Below are positions 50,193 to 62,106 of a stretch of 64,000 nucleotides of DNA, in pieces. The DNA lies in NCBI GenBank assembly GCA_039545335.1, contig BCIN01000007.1:1046530-1110529 (forward strand). The letters are read 5' to 3'. The notes under the pieces are model-generated. The model was not told the origin of the DNA and made no database searches. It saw only the letters and a program-made list of their open reading frames with translations. Every line of letters starts with the position of its first letter. The first letter of the stretch is position 1. The translations under genes and the position numbers were made by a program. This DNA is from Kondoa subrosea (Eukaryota).

Positions 50193-52038
50193 TTAAGTCG
50201 AGTCGTCGGAAATTTTGGGGGCCAAGTAGAAGCGCACAGCACCTCCACCGAACTCATAGGCGACCTGGAATGCCAAGTCAGTATCGATTTCAAAGCATTG
50301 AGTGAAGAAAGACGACTTACTAGCAAAGGTACTTCATTGCTCATGTGTAGGTTGACATACTTGGACAGCGGTGTGCTCTTTGCGAAGTTGATCAAGTACT
50401 TGATTGAGAAAGTAAGTGCTACTGATTGTGAAAGTGTGATGGTGACCTGTAGGCATCAAATCCAATCGCAATCAGACACAAGACTGATCCAGCGCTGCTC
50501 AACACCTACATCGCGAGCTTCCTCATCATCTTTCTTGCTCTTGCCTTTGCCTTTCTTAGCAGTTGTCTGTGCAATGGCGACCCCGAGTTAGTTTGACACA
50601 GTAAACTATTCGTCGACTGTACGCACCTTTGCAGCAGGCTTCTTCTTGATCAGGCCTCCATTCTTAGGTTTCGCTTTTGCTTTACCATTGGTCTTTTCCT
50701 TCTTTGCCGAAACTTCAGGCTTGACATCAGAATTTGCACGTTTGCGTTTGTTAGCTGGGGTGTTTGAGTTGCTGCCCGTGAACTCGACTTCATCGTCATC
50801 GTCTGACTCAGCGATCGTCTTCTTCTTGCTCTTAGCCTTGATGTCAGGTTTCACATCTTCCTCATCTTCAGATTTCGGTTCCTGTTCAAGCTGTCATAAC
50901 TCACTGCGCAAAGGTAGTGAATGAAAGCAGCGACGAACCTTGTCATCTTCATCCATAGCAGCTTTCTCAACCTCTTCTTCCTCTTCCTCAGATCCACTCC
51001 CTTCCTCACTTTCGCTCTCATCATCCGAATCTTTCTTAGTAGAAGTATTGGTAGGTCTAACAGTAACGGCAGCTGTTCCAATATCTCCTTCAGCGGAAAA
51101 CTTGATGCCTTCTTTCGTTACTTCAATTTTGACCGATTCACCCAATTCTTTAATGTCTCGAACGATGCGAAGGAATTCTCCTGATGGCATAGTGATTTGA
51201 GCGTCGTATTGAGTATCAGGAATCGAAAGGTGTTCTACGAAATCGATACAATCTTCTAAGCATTTGGCAGCATGCATAAAGAGATCGCACTCGCCTTGAT
51301 CAATGTCCATCAACTTCATCTCATACTCTCCCATCCGATCAGATTCTGTACGCGATGCATAATAAAGAAACGACCTAAATCGATGCTAGATGTGATCACG
51401 CACTTCTGTTTTGGAAAACCATGCTCAAAGAATCCGAATCGTCGTCTGCCCTAATAGTGACTTCATCATCATTTCCAGCACACTTGAGTATTTTCTGTAA
51501 AGAGTTCAAGTTCATTCCCAAAGACATGTTGCGATCGCAGCGGTAACCATCTTCGAACATGCTTGTTCCTAATTCCAGTGAAACCAAAGCGATGTGGGAG
51601 TTGTCCATAGCTTGCAATTTCTGTGAGTATTCAGAGTTCGTCAAGCTTTCCAGAAAGCAGTATGAACAGATGCTACGCACCATTCCTTCTTCTGAACAGT
51701 CCCAGTTGGCATCAGTGACCAATTCTTTGATAGCTGTAAGATTGAAAGGTGGCCTTAGACTCTGCTGCGGTCTGCTATGCACTTCGCGCTCACAATCGAG
51801 AATCTTTTTTAGCTGTTCAGCTTTATCAATCTTTGCTTCCTGTTATCGCGTCAGAAACCAATCAGCTACTGCCCGTCCATCACGAGTGAAAGCAGTGAAG
51901 GAATATGAATAAAGTCGCGTCGAATTGGCCAATGCAGCATAAAGCGCTTGCAAGTGGTACGCGCGTGAGGGAGCACAAGGCAATCCAAAGGTCTGGGAAG
52001 ACAGCATACAACATGAGAAGCGCGAGACTTACAAGCAT
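50193..52038 (-). CDS. PCNA: Proliferating cell nuclear antigen with long charged insertion
   Basis: [80 protein letters not shown]..[insert]..[31 protein letters not shown]. Confidence 0.97.
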
Positions 52039-52340
52039 CTTTGTCGAGTTTGAGAATCGATGGGAATCAAGTTGCTGTCGAAGCTGTCGAATAATGGCTT
52101 TCAGTACAGCGATCAATCATCGTATAGCTACAATCTACTTACTGTAGCAGGTGTAGAGAGATGGAGAACAAGAAAAAGAGAAAGTCACGGTTTGAGGTCG
52201 AAAGCGCGTCGTGAAATTGCAGAAGGCGAAAGTGAAGGCAAACTTGTAAAGTCAAGTTGTTACAATTCATTTCACTATTCTTACAGTCTATTACAATGTA
52301 CCCTAATATGTTCAAAACCCAAGATAATAACCACTTCCCT

Positions 52341-54199
52341 TCACATCTTCCTTCGAGCAAACTTGTGCAAGCTCGCTGTTCTCTTCACCATAGTCTTTTC
52401 TTTGCGCGCTTGGCGTAAGCGAGGGTTGGTGGTCTGATTTCTTGGTCCTTCGTACGCTTCAGAAAGGATGTTGTAATCGAGAGATCGTTTAGCATTGTTC
52501 TGGAAAGCGTTCCAAGCTGGTTCATCAGTCCAGATCTAATACATAATCAGTCAAATGTTCAAGACATGTCAAAGTGATTCAGAAAACTTACCTCGAAATC
52601 ACTAGCACCGGCACCAGGTTTCACAATTTCCCAAATCATGTTACTGATTCCAGCAGATTTCATTTGTGTGACGAAAGCTGAAATGACGTTGGCTTTGTTT
52701 GAACCAGAAGCTCCCCATTCTTGGAATTCAACTAAAACAATCTTTGGATCAGTACTTTTCTTGATGCGAAAGGGAAGGAATCTCTCACCTCTTTTATTGA
52801 CTGTCTGACCTCTTGCAATACCAGCTTGCAAAGCATTAACAGCAGAATAAGCATCCGTTCCATAATCATGTACCGAAACGATATCGATCGCAGGACAGTT
52901 GAAAGCCCAATCCGCTAAAGAAGTAGGGATAGTGATTCCTCCTCCTGTACCGACGAGAATACCCGTGTTGGCTGGCATATTTTCACGGATTCGACCAGCT
53001 CGATCGCAAGTCCACATAGTATCAACCATGTCCATATGACCCTGGTCAGAAACATCAGTAAAGTGTTGACTGTGGTAAGAAGATCGAGGCTCACCATTGG
53101 TTCGTTTTGAGGTTCAAAGGAGTAGACTACATCGTCCAATTGACCCCAAGGAGTGTTGCCCATCAAGGCGTTTTGATGATTTAGGATATGGTCAATTCGC
53201 TGATCGTAGAAAGTTTTCGCATCGTTGCTGAGGTAGAAATTGGCCGCATTAGCTACTCGTTGAGCTCCGGACCCGCCCTAGGTTATGTTGATCAGCTTTC
53301 TGTACTGCAGTGAAAGGAAACAATAACTCACGGAAACGATGCCGTATTTCAATGCATAAGCGTTGGTGTCCCAAAAACCAAGTGCGTATCGATCGCCCAA
53401 AGCAATAATGAGTTTCATGTCTGTCATCCAAGCAATTAGCTACTTCTCCGGGTGTCGGACAGACTTGAGAAACTCACTTCTAGCTTTCACTTCCACCATC
53501 AGTTGATCGACCATTTCCAGCATGGTATCATCATAAACTCCGACAGTATTTGGTTCAACTATAATTCCTGCATTAACGCTGTAAAACCATACTGAAGAAA
53601 AAGAGAAACTCACCATCATTCACTTGAGGGTTATTGCTACCTTTGTTGTTTTGCATAACAGCAGTAATGAAGATCCGAACAGTTTTCATTCCAACACTTT
53701 GCATGGCATCCAAGATAGTGTTGCGATCGCCTGAATTGATAGTATGGAGATAATAGCTGTTTGCACCAATAAAGTAAGAATTGAGATCGATAGGTGGTCG
53801 ACTTGTAGATGCAGAAGCGGATGGGGCTGAAGATGCTGAAGCCGAGACAATAGTGGATGTGCGTGGTCTAGGACCTCGAGTAACGGATGCTGCTGTTGGT
53901 GAAGCGATAGTTTGAGAAGGATTGACAGAAGAAGCAGAGGAAGCTTGAGCTGTTGAAGTGTCGGTGGAAGTGTCTTCTATGCTTGAAGTCGATGATGCAG
54001 TAGGTAGAGTCGAAGAAGTGCTATCATCGTAAATGGCTGAAGCAGAAACCATGATTGGTACTGGTACTGGACTATTGCGGTTCGCTCGATCAACGAGTTC
54101 TTGATGTGCAGCAGCAGCTCTTCGATCAACGAGAGGTGATGCTATGCATGTTGAAAGGAAAGCGGAAGCAACGACCAGCGAAGCAGATGTAATGCGCAT
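52341..54199 (-). CDS. Secreted glycoside hydrolase family 5 (mannanase-like)
   Basis: Signal peptide, S/T linker, FIGANSYYLH..GMKTVRIFI, LIIALGDRYALGFW, acid/base QNEP, IVSVHDYG, nucleophile region FQEWG. Confidence 0.85.
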
Positions 54200-54932
54200 G
54201 ACTTGTAGTATTTTGAGTGATTGTGCTGGGTAACGATAACAAGCAAAGGCTCAGCCGATGAGTGCTCGGAGGTATAGAGTGGATGCAAGTAGAGACCAGC
54301 TCTTGAGAACGATTAGCGGAAACGAGGGAATTGGACGAATGGGAAAGAAAGAGAAAGAGATGGCACTGCTGAAGGGTATCCTGGGACCTAATTACACATG
54401 ACGGCAGTGCTATGCCAGATATGGGCCTTAACAAGAGGGCAAGCGACAATGCCATCTTTTCCAAAAGATGGCTGAAAACTCTAAAAAGTAGGAGTGGCAG
54501 GTACGGGAGCCAGGAATGCTCTGCATCAGAGGTCTGTGTAGCATAAGTAGAGCGTGCAAGTTGGTTCATGTCGTGGTTGAGCAAGGAGAAGGGACATTTG
54601 CGGAAATTGACATGGAACATATGTAAAGGTAATACAATGCAATGTATACTGATGCTATATGCAGGTGTGACTCGCTTCAGGCCATAAATCACCTGCAGTG
54701 TGACGACCGCAGTCGCCTTTCATCTCGTAATACCCAGACTTCCGATGATTGCAAGTCAATAGACTTGGAGTATCCCTACTGCACTGCGAGGGCAGTAGTG
54801 CTACGTAGCCAAAGAACTGATCAGTTCACGTCAACAAGACGAATGGAGCAACGCACTTAATGTATAGCGAGACAGGGTTAGACGCGAATACATTCATCAA
54901 ACCGGATTGAGAGTCGAGCAGAGTCAACGAGT

Positions 54933-55841
54933 TTAGGTGGCAGTAGTAATACTTGTAGATCTGACTTGCTGCAAGATAGCGGAAATAGTTGTTGCAAATT
55001 CTTCCATCAATTTCTTTTCCTTTTCGTCAGGTGGTGAAAGTGCTTGATCTCGATTTCCAGTAAAAGCATGACATCTTCCTCTTCCTCTACCTCCTCTACT
55101 TCCTCGTCCACGATAGGAATCGGAATGACCTGGCATTCGAGGTAAATTCTTCTTCATGTGAGGCGCGACTTCAGCCAAATTCAGTAAATCAAGCAATCTT
55201 TGTTCAGGTGCGATAGTATCGGGTGAAGCAAAGATAGATTTAAGTACTTTACAGAGTTCAGGTTTGCTAGAAAGAACAGTTCGTAGTTCGGCATTTGTAG
55301 CTGCAATATGAATCAGCAGGCGAATGAAGGGGAAAGACAGCTAGAACAAGCTGACCTATAGCTTCGTACTCATGAGGCCGTAAAGGTTTCACCTCATGTT
55401 GAGTCAACGGATCATCCCACAACGAAGGATCTGGTTCGTCCTTACATAAACTTGATCAGACGAAGTCTTATCGTGAAGAAAACTGTACACACAGGCCATT
55501 GTAGATCTCGCAGTCGCTTAACGGGTCTTGGCTTGGCAAGAACACCAGTTTGATCGGACACTGTTAACAGAGGGGTAAGATATAAAGCCTCTCGGTATCC
55601 AAGCGAAATGGATTCGTGGGACTTACCTTGATCCTGCACATCCACAGTCACCACAGCAGATTGGTTAATACCCTCTTTCAGCACTTGATAACACTTGACC
55701 GAACAACTTATCAGATCAAATTAAAAATTGCGTCTTGGCTTTCTCTCAAGACTAGCCTCACTAGAAGATCTCTTGCTTGCTTCCTGGCAGCTTGTATTTG
55801 CCTTCACCAATACTACATGCTTGACAATGTTGCTTTGACAT
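54933..55841 (-). CDS. zf-HIT protein, Hit1/ZNHIT3-like (box C/D snoRNP assembly)
   Basis: MSKQHCQACSIGEGKYKLPGSKQEIFY|CSVKCYQVLKE; KRLRDLQWP..DPL..KPLRPHEYEAIATNAELR; RGG segment; MEEFATTISAIL. Confidence 0.7.
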
Positions 55842-56552
55842 TGGTCGGTCTTATGCAAAAGAGAGTTTTCTTTAGGAATCTTACTGCCAGCCAGCAACTT
55901 GCTGCTTCCCCTGACTGTACCTGCTGCATTGCCTTCAAGTCGCTCATTTGAGTTGGTACTGATTACTGCAGGATATGCTCATCGTTTCTTCTTCTTTTCA
56001 CGTCACGCTTTCGCCTAGTCATCAAATTTCGCTATCTTCTCAGTCGTTCCGTGTACTGCACCACGTTCACTTGGTGCTCTTCATCTTGGGAGGCGCTTGC
56101 CGTTTTGTTTATTCTGTCAGCAAGACAAATCACTTGCATTCACTACTCGTGCTATATAAGCTTCTATTAATCGATGCATCGGTCGTGACCTGATTCTCAG
56201 GATCCTACACGCGAGCTAGGCGCTGCTGGGCGTGTGACCGGGAAAACAAGCAAGATCTAGCACATGCTTCTTCGCGGTGGACCGCCCGCGGCATTTGGCA
56301 ACGGACACTGGATCGGATCAATAAATAAGCATTGGCTTGCCCTGGTTTCTGCCCCTCAATTTCTCTACACTACACACACAACAGAGTCTATTGCTCAGTT
56401 GAAATCAGAACAAAACACAGGCTTATTCGAAAGCTCCAAGAAAAAAGCTACAAGTACCGCAATTTGCGCATAAACATTGTCTCTTACCCCAGTTGCGATT
56501 TCTCAGCACTTTTTTTTACTTCTCAACAAGCAACCAAATCGTATAAAGAAGT

Positions 56553-58922
56553 ATGGCTTCTCACTATGAACCTCATCAGAATCTAGCAACACCTGTTCTT
56601 CCTACTTTGGCAGAACATGGCCAATATACTCAAACTCAACATCAACAAGAAACAGCTGGACCTTCTTATGAAGTCCACGCTCAAGACTACGCTACGACTG
56701 GCAGTGGAGCGGCTACTCCTCACCAGTCTCAGCACGGACATCATCATGAACATCACCACGAACAGCAAGCAGGATCGTACCCAGAAGGCGATCCATTACC
56801 TGTTGGACCCGGCGCACCTCTCAGCGCTACTAATCACCCAATGGGTATCGCTGACCCTTTAACTCCCTTCTATCCGTATGTATTCTTCGATTCAGCGAAA
56901 TTCATGTGCTTATTTTTTTCTTCTCTGTGTACAGAGGCGCTCGCCGAAGCAAGCAGCAAATGGTTACCGGTCTGGGCCGAGCTATGCCTACATATGAAGA
57001 GATGCAACTTAAGAAGGCAGCAGAAAAGAGACGCAAAGAAGGCGTGGATGCCGAAGGCATGTCAAGACAAACCACTAACCTTCATGGCGCTGGCACTGCT
57101 GCTGCTTTGGATTCACTCACTGATCCAAACTTGCGTGTCGTTTTGGCTGAAATCTTGCACGCTCTGGGTGGTCATCAAGGTGCAATGACACCTTACACTA
57201 TGTCTCCCCCTCTTTCTCGTATTCCTACCAAGACTGGTGCCCCCGTTGTCAGTTCTGGTCCTTTGAGTCGTGTTCAGACTGCGCGAACTGTTGCGACTGT
57301 CGCAGGTCCGTAGTGAATTTACCCGCTTCTTTCCCTGTCACTTACATGTGCTTACGTATTCAGCGGCCGAAGAAATTCTTGCTCCCTATGAAGAACCTTT
57401 GCCAAACCCTATCGCTCGATGGGCTGACTACATTCGTGAACCTGCCGCCGAGTTGATTGGTACTATGTTCTTGCTTATGTTCGGTAACGGTGTCAATCAA
57501 CAGTCAGTTGTCACTTGTGTGGTAGCAGTTCAGTCGCTTATACTACCAATACAGATTCTTCTTGTCTTACAACGAAGGTGTTTCTGGTATTTTGCGTGGT
57601 ACTTACCTTTCCGTCTCTTTCGGTACGTTTTGCTGCATTCGGCACGGTCGCGACCTTTTCTGATATATGTGAGCAGGTTGGGGTATCGGTGTCATGGTGT
57701 AAGTCGAAGATTCAAGCAAAAAGCGCTGTATTAGATGCTCACACCCCGAAATAGCGGTGTCTATATTGCTGGTGGTATTTCTGGTGCCCATCTCAACCCT
57801 GCGGTCACTCTTGCTCTGGCCGTCTACCGTAGATTTTCTTGGAAGAAAGTAATCCCTTACTGGATCGCTCAATTCCTCGGTGCCATGGCTGGTTCTGGAA
57901 TTATCCATCTCCTTTACTCACGAGCTACTTCGATGTCAGTCTGCACTGGAATGCAATAGCATACCTGTCGCTGAATGTTTATTGCAGCTATCAAGGTGGA
58001 CCAAACATTAGAACTGTTCTTGGTGCCGGAAGTACCGCTGGTCTTTACACCACATTCCCTCTCCCTTACATGAGCGTTGCCGCATCCTTCTTCAACGAAT
58101 TCACCGACACCGCTATTCTCATTGCTGTCATTTTCGCTATTGGTGATTCCAACAACACTCCTCCTCCCGATGGTGTTGCACCTTTGGTTCTTCTATTCTT
58201 GATTGTCGGTATTGGTGCTTGCTTGGGAAGTCAAACCGCCTATGCTATCAACCCTGCTCGTGATTTGGGTCAGTTTACAGGTTTACATTTGCTGCTCCTT
58301 CTCTGACCATATGTGCAGGCCCAAGAGTCATGTTGGCCATGTCAGGAGTGCGTGCAGTAGCTTACATGTAAGAAGTCGATTGCTAACAGCCTTGCAGTAT
58401 GGTCACGAATTGTGGACCGCTTACAACTACTAGTATGTCAATAATGTTTTCTTCTCTGCTGAAACTGATGCATCGTTGGCAGCTTCATCTGGTGCCCTAT
58501 CGCTGCGTGAGTACATTGAATTCTGCTCAGGTCTCGAGACTGATTTTCGATGCAGTCCCCTTTGCGGTGCTCTCGGTGTGTTTCTTTCGCCTCTTTCAAT
58601 GCTAGGCTAACCCGTCTACGTAGCCGGTGGACTCCTGTATGATTTAGTAGGGGAAAAGAAGAAAGAGCCTTACACTTTGCTAACTATCGTTCTCATCTTA
58701 CAGTTCTTGTACAAAGGCCTCGAATCTCCTTTGTATGCTACTGCTATACACTGCTTAGCTACCTGCTCATTGCTTCGACAGGAACGCTCGCTGGGAATGG
58801 TCTTCCAAGAAGAGGAGAGAACAAAACCAGCAAACTCAAATGATGGCACCAGTCTCAGCTGCCGATTCCAACGAGAAGCACAGCTCTGGCGAACATGTCT
58901 AATCAATACACACGGACTTTAA
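56553..58922 (+). CDS. Aquaglyceroporin (MIP family, Fps1/GlpF-like) with long N-terminus; 3' exons approximate
   Basis: IREPAAELIGTMFLLMFGNG; GGISGAHLNPAVT; YWIAQFLGA; TAGLYTTFP; TAYAINPARDLGP (two NPA boxes; the ARD context is typical of glycerol-type channels). Confidence 0.95.
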
Positions 58923-59187
58923 GCGCGTGTACATAAATCACTTCACTTGGGGGTTCAGTTTTTGGAAGGTTTATTATGTAATCGGGATATCTTTTGATTA
59001 TGCAGTTGTTATACAGCAAGACACTGGATTATTACTTGTACCTTGTTACAGCAGTTGAATGAAAGGCATTGTCTTGCTACTTCGTCAAAAACGGAACAGC
59101 GATAAATATGTAATGTACATTGGCAAAGTTTTCCGAAATTGAACAGATGATTTTACAAAGACGCATACTACTCTTCGACTAGACGCT

Positions 59188-61976
59188 TCAGTCGATCGAT
59201 GTATCACTTGCAGCTGAAGGAGTGACGCCTAGAGTCATAGCACTAGCCATTCGAGGCAATCCGTTACTCGCACAGGGTTGACAGAGACGTGAGGTCTGTA
59301 CTTTCACATCAGAGGAAACACGTTTGTGGCTAAATATAGCGCTCACCTGCCAGACTGCACTCCTTTGAACAGATTCGTCCACTTGACAACCACAATTTGA
59401 GCACTCAGCAGTATTAGCTGACGAATTTTCTCTGCTTCGCTTGCGTCTTTCAGACCGAACATGTTCAAGCTCTTCTTTGAGTCTTCTGTTCGTCTGCTTC
59501 AGCGCATGTAATTCAAATCTGCAACATGAATTTGTCAGAACTTGGTCATGTCTGAAAAAGAAAGGAGCAAAGAACGCACAGCCAACTCGTGTTTCGAGCA
59601 GTACCCAATTCTTCAAACACATTGTCACTCTCAAAGTCTCTGAAAGGACTGATTGCGCCATTGATGGAACCCGAACTGTTTGATCCTCCGCCAAAAGGTA
59701 AATCAATAGACATGCCATCCGTTGAAGAGAAAGGTGATTTGACATCTACATTCTCAGGTTTAGGTAAATGAGGTACAGTAGATTCTTTTCTTCTTCTTCG
59801 AAGTTCAGAAGAATATTCATTGATTTGGAGTAAGACGAAAGGATAGCGTGAACCAGACTTTGGTTCGCCAGAGGGGTAGAAATTGGTAAAGACTTCAACG
59901 GGTTGACCGCGACGGTTCTTGAGGAAATGTCTTAGTCCAACTGCTGATCCTGTCGTTGCTTGACTTAAAGCTTGACTAACAGCTTCCGCGTGTTGAGGTG
60001 CAATGAGCTGGAATAAACTGGTGCCCTTCATTTCGGAAGATGAGAAACCCAGAATGTCATGCGCTGAAGGAGTGGTGTAAAGGAAAAGACCATTCGAGCT
60101 GACTTTGCTCCAGCATTCAAGTTCACCAAGTCCTCCAGCCGAAGTAAGCAGACTCCAGTTGAGTGAGTAGACAGGTCTTGGTCTTCCAGCAAGAATCACG
60201 GCCTGTCATTTACAGCGCACTTTCAAGCTTGACCTTAGAAAGCTGAAGATACGCGGCCACTAACCTTTCTGTTCTTAGTGGGTTCCAGATGCAATTTTCC
60301 AGAAAACTCTAACCAAGCCCAACCAGATCTCTTCCTCTTCATCCGATAGAGCAAATTAGCAGTCGAAGTAGGAACAGCATTCAAATCCTTGAATTCGCGT
60401 AAAATGGAAGCGACATCGCTTGTACCGGAAAGTATTGACACGTTCTGGTTCAGAAGTTCTGCAGAGTCGTACTCCAAGAATCGTTCGGTTGCTGGTGAGA
60501 CGTATAAGAGAATGCCTTTGAGGGACATGACCATGATCAAGCCATCATTCTGCTCGGATTAGTCAGTCAAAATGAATTGAAGCAATGAATTGACGACTGA
60601 CTGCTGCTAATAACGCTTTATGCAAGGCAGCTTTGCCAGGCTCGACAGAATCAGATTCACTGTAGGAGGAATCAAAGCTTTTCGGATTATAGTTTTGAGC
60701 TTTCATAAGTGATTGCGCCAAACTTTCTGGATCGTTTGCATAATCCGTGACTGAAGGTGCACCAGTCTGAAGTGTATGATTGACAGTATAAGTACCAGCT
60801 TGCATCTGTAGACGACATACATCACTTTCTAAGCTATGATACAGCTAAAAGCAATGTTCCGCCTACATTACCGATAATCAAATTTGGCTGTTCAACCAAA
60901 TCCAATTGGAACCCAATAAAGTATGCAATCTCATCGGTATCCCAAGTAATAGGAATAATGGTAACCAAGTTGATAAAGGGAGTTCCATCTTTCTTATAAT
61001 TGACTAAAGAAGTTTGCATTTCTTTTCCAGCCAGAATATGAGTCTTCATATGAAACACTCCATTTCCATCTGTATGTTTTCTTTTATCGCCTTGAGAAAC
61101 CAATCCATCCGGTGCTTGCAAAAATCGACAATTTCGACCAATAACTTCAGCATTGGTATAACCGGTTAAACGAGTAAAGTTATCGCTAGCGAAAACAATC
61201 GGGAAATCATATTTTCTAGCGTCGACGACTAAGAAGGAGCATGAAGTATCTACTGGTCCAATATCAATTTGTGGGTAAGGTCGAGCTGCTACTCTTGCCA
61301 AAACGCCCATAAGATCAAAACCGGAAGATGAATAGAGACCAGGGAAGTTGCCTCCAATGACTCGAGGTAGGCCAAGAGCATGAGGGTTGAAATCGTCTTT
61401 ACCTCCAGAAGAACCGGATGCGTGAGGTTGAAAAGGTGCTGCGAAATCTTTGAGACCACTGATGTCTGCTGTTTTGGAAAAAGGTGTTAGATCTGGATTG
61501 ACTGCGACTACAGAAGAGCCATAAGGTGAGTAGACAGGTCGTTGAGGATCTGGGACGTAAGGCGCTGTAGAAGGTTTCGGATGCTGTTGAGCATGATCAC
61601 CAAATGGTCGTTCTTGGTTGCTTCGAGTATTCTGAGATACTGCAGACTGAGGAGACATGCCAGAAGACTGCTGAGGCTCTTGTTGAGATTGATTACCAAA
61701 TGCAGAAGCATAGTTTGGGCGGGAAGTCAAAGCACCGCCAGGAGCAGGAGCCAAGAATGAAGGAACTTGAAAAGTGATGTTGGAAGCAAAGGCATCATCA
61801 CTGAGACCGTATTGCGAATAGTCGTCTTTGCGGTTCGAAGCAGCGTTGTTGCTATTTGCAGTGGAGGCATTATTTTGGGTAGAAGTGCTGGCTTCAGGTT
61901 GACTACTAGGCTGGCCATTATGCAGAGGCGCAGGAGACAGCAGCCAAGAGGAAATATTGAATGGGCTAGCCATGGT
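59188..61976 (-). CDS. wc-1: White Collar-1 blue-light photoreceptor (LOV plus two PAS domains)
   Basis: LYSSSGFDLMGVLARVAARPYPQIDIGPVDTSCSFLVVD..LTGYTNAEVIGRNCRFLQAPDG..LVNYKKDGTPFINLVTIIPI..FIGFQLDLVEQP; PAS-B (VMSLKGILLYVSP), PAS-C (WSKVSSNGLFLY), ELGTARNTSW..ELHALKQTNRRLKEEL. Confidence 0.96.
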
Positions 61977-62106
61977 CAACTTGTTTGATTTGTGTAGATT
62001 TGTCTTTGATAGTCGGACAGAGGACAGAACTTTATAGCAATTGCTGAGGTGCGTCTTCTAATCCACTTACTCCTTAGCTGTGATGGCCTCAGGACGGGGA
62101 CGACTT

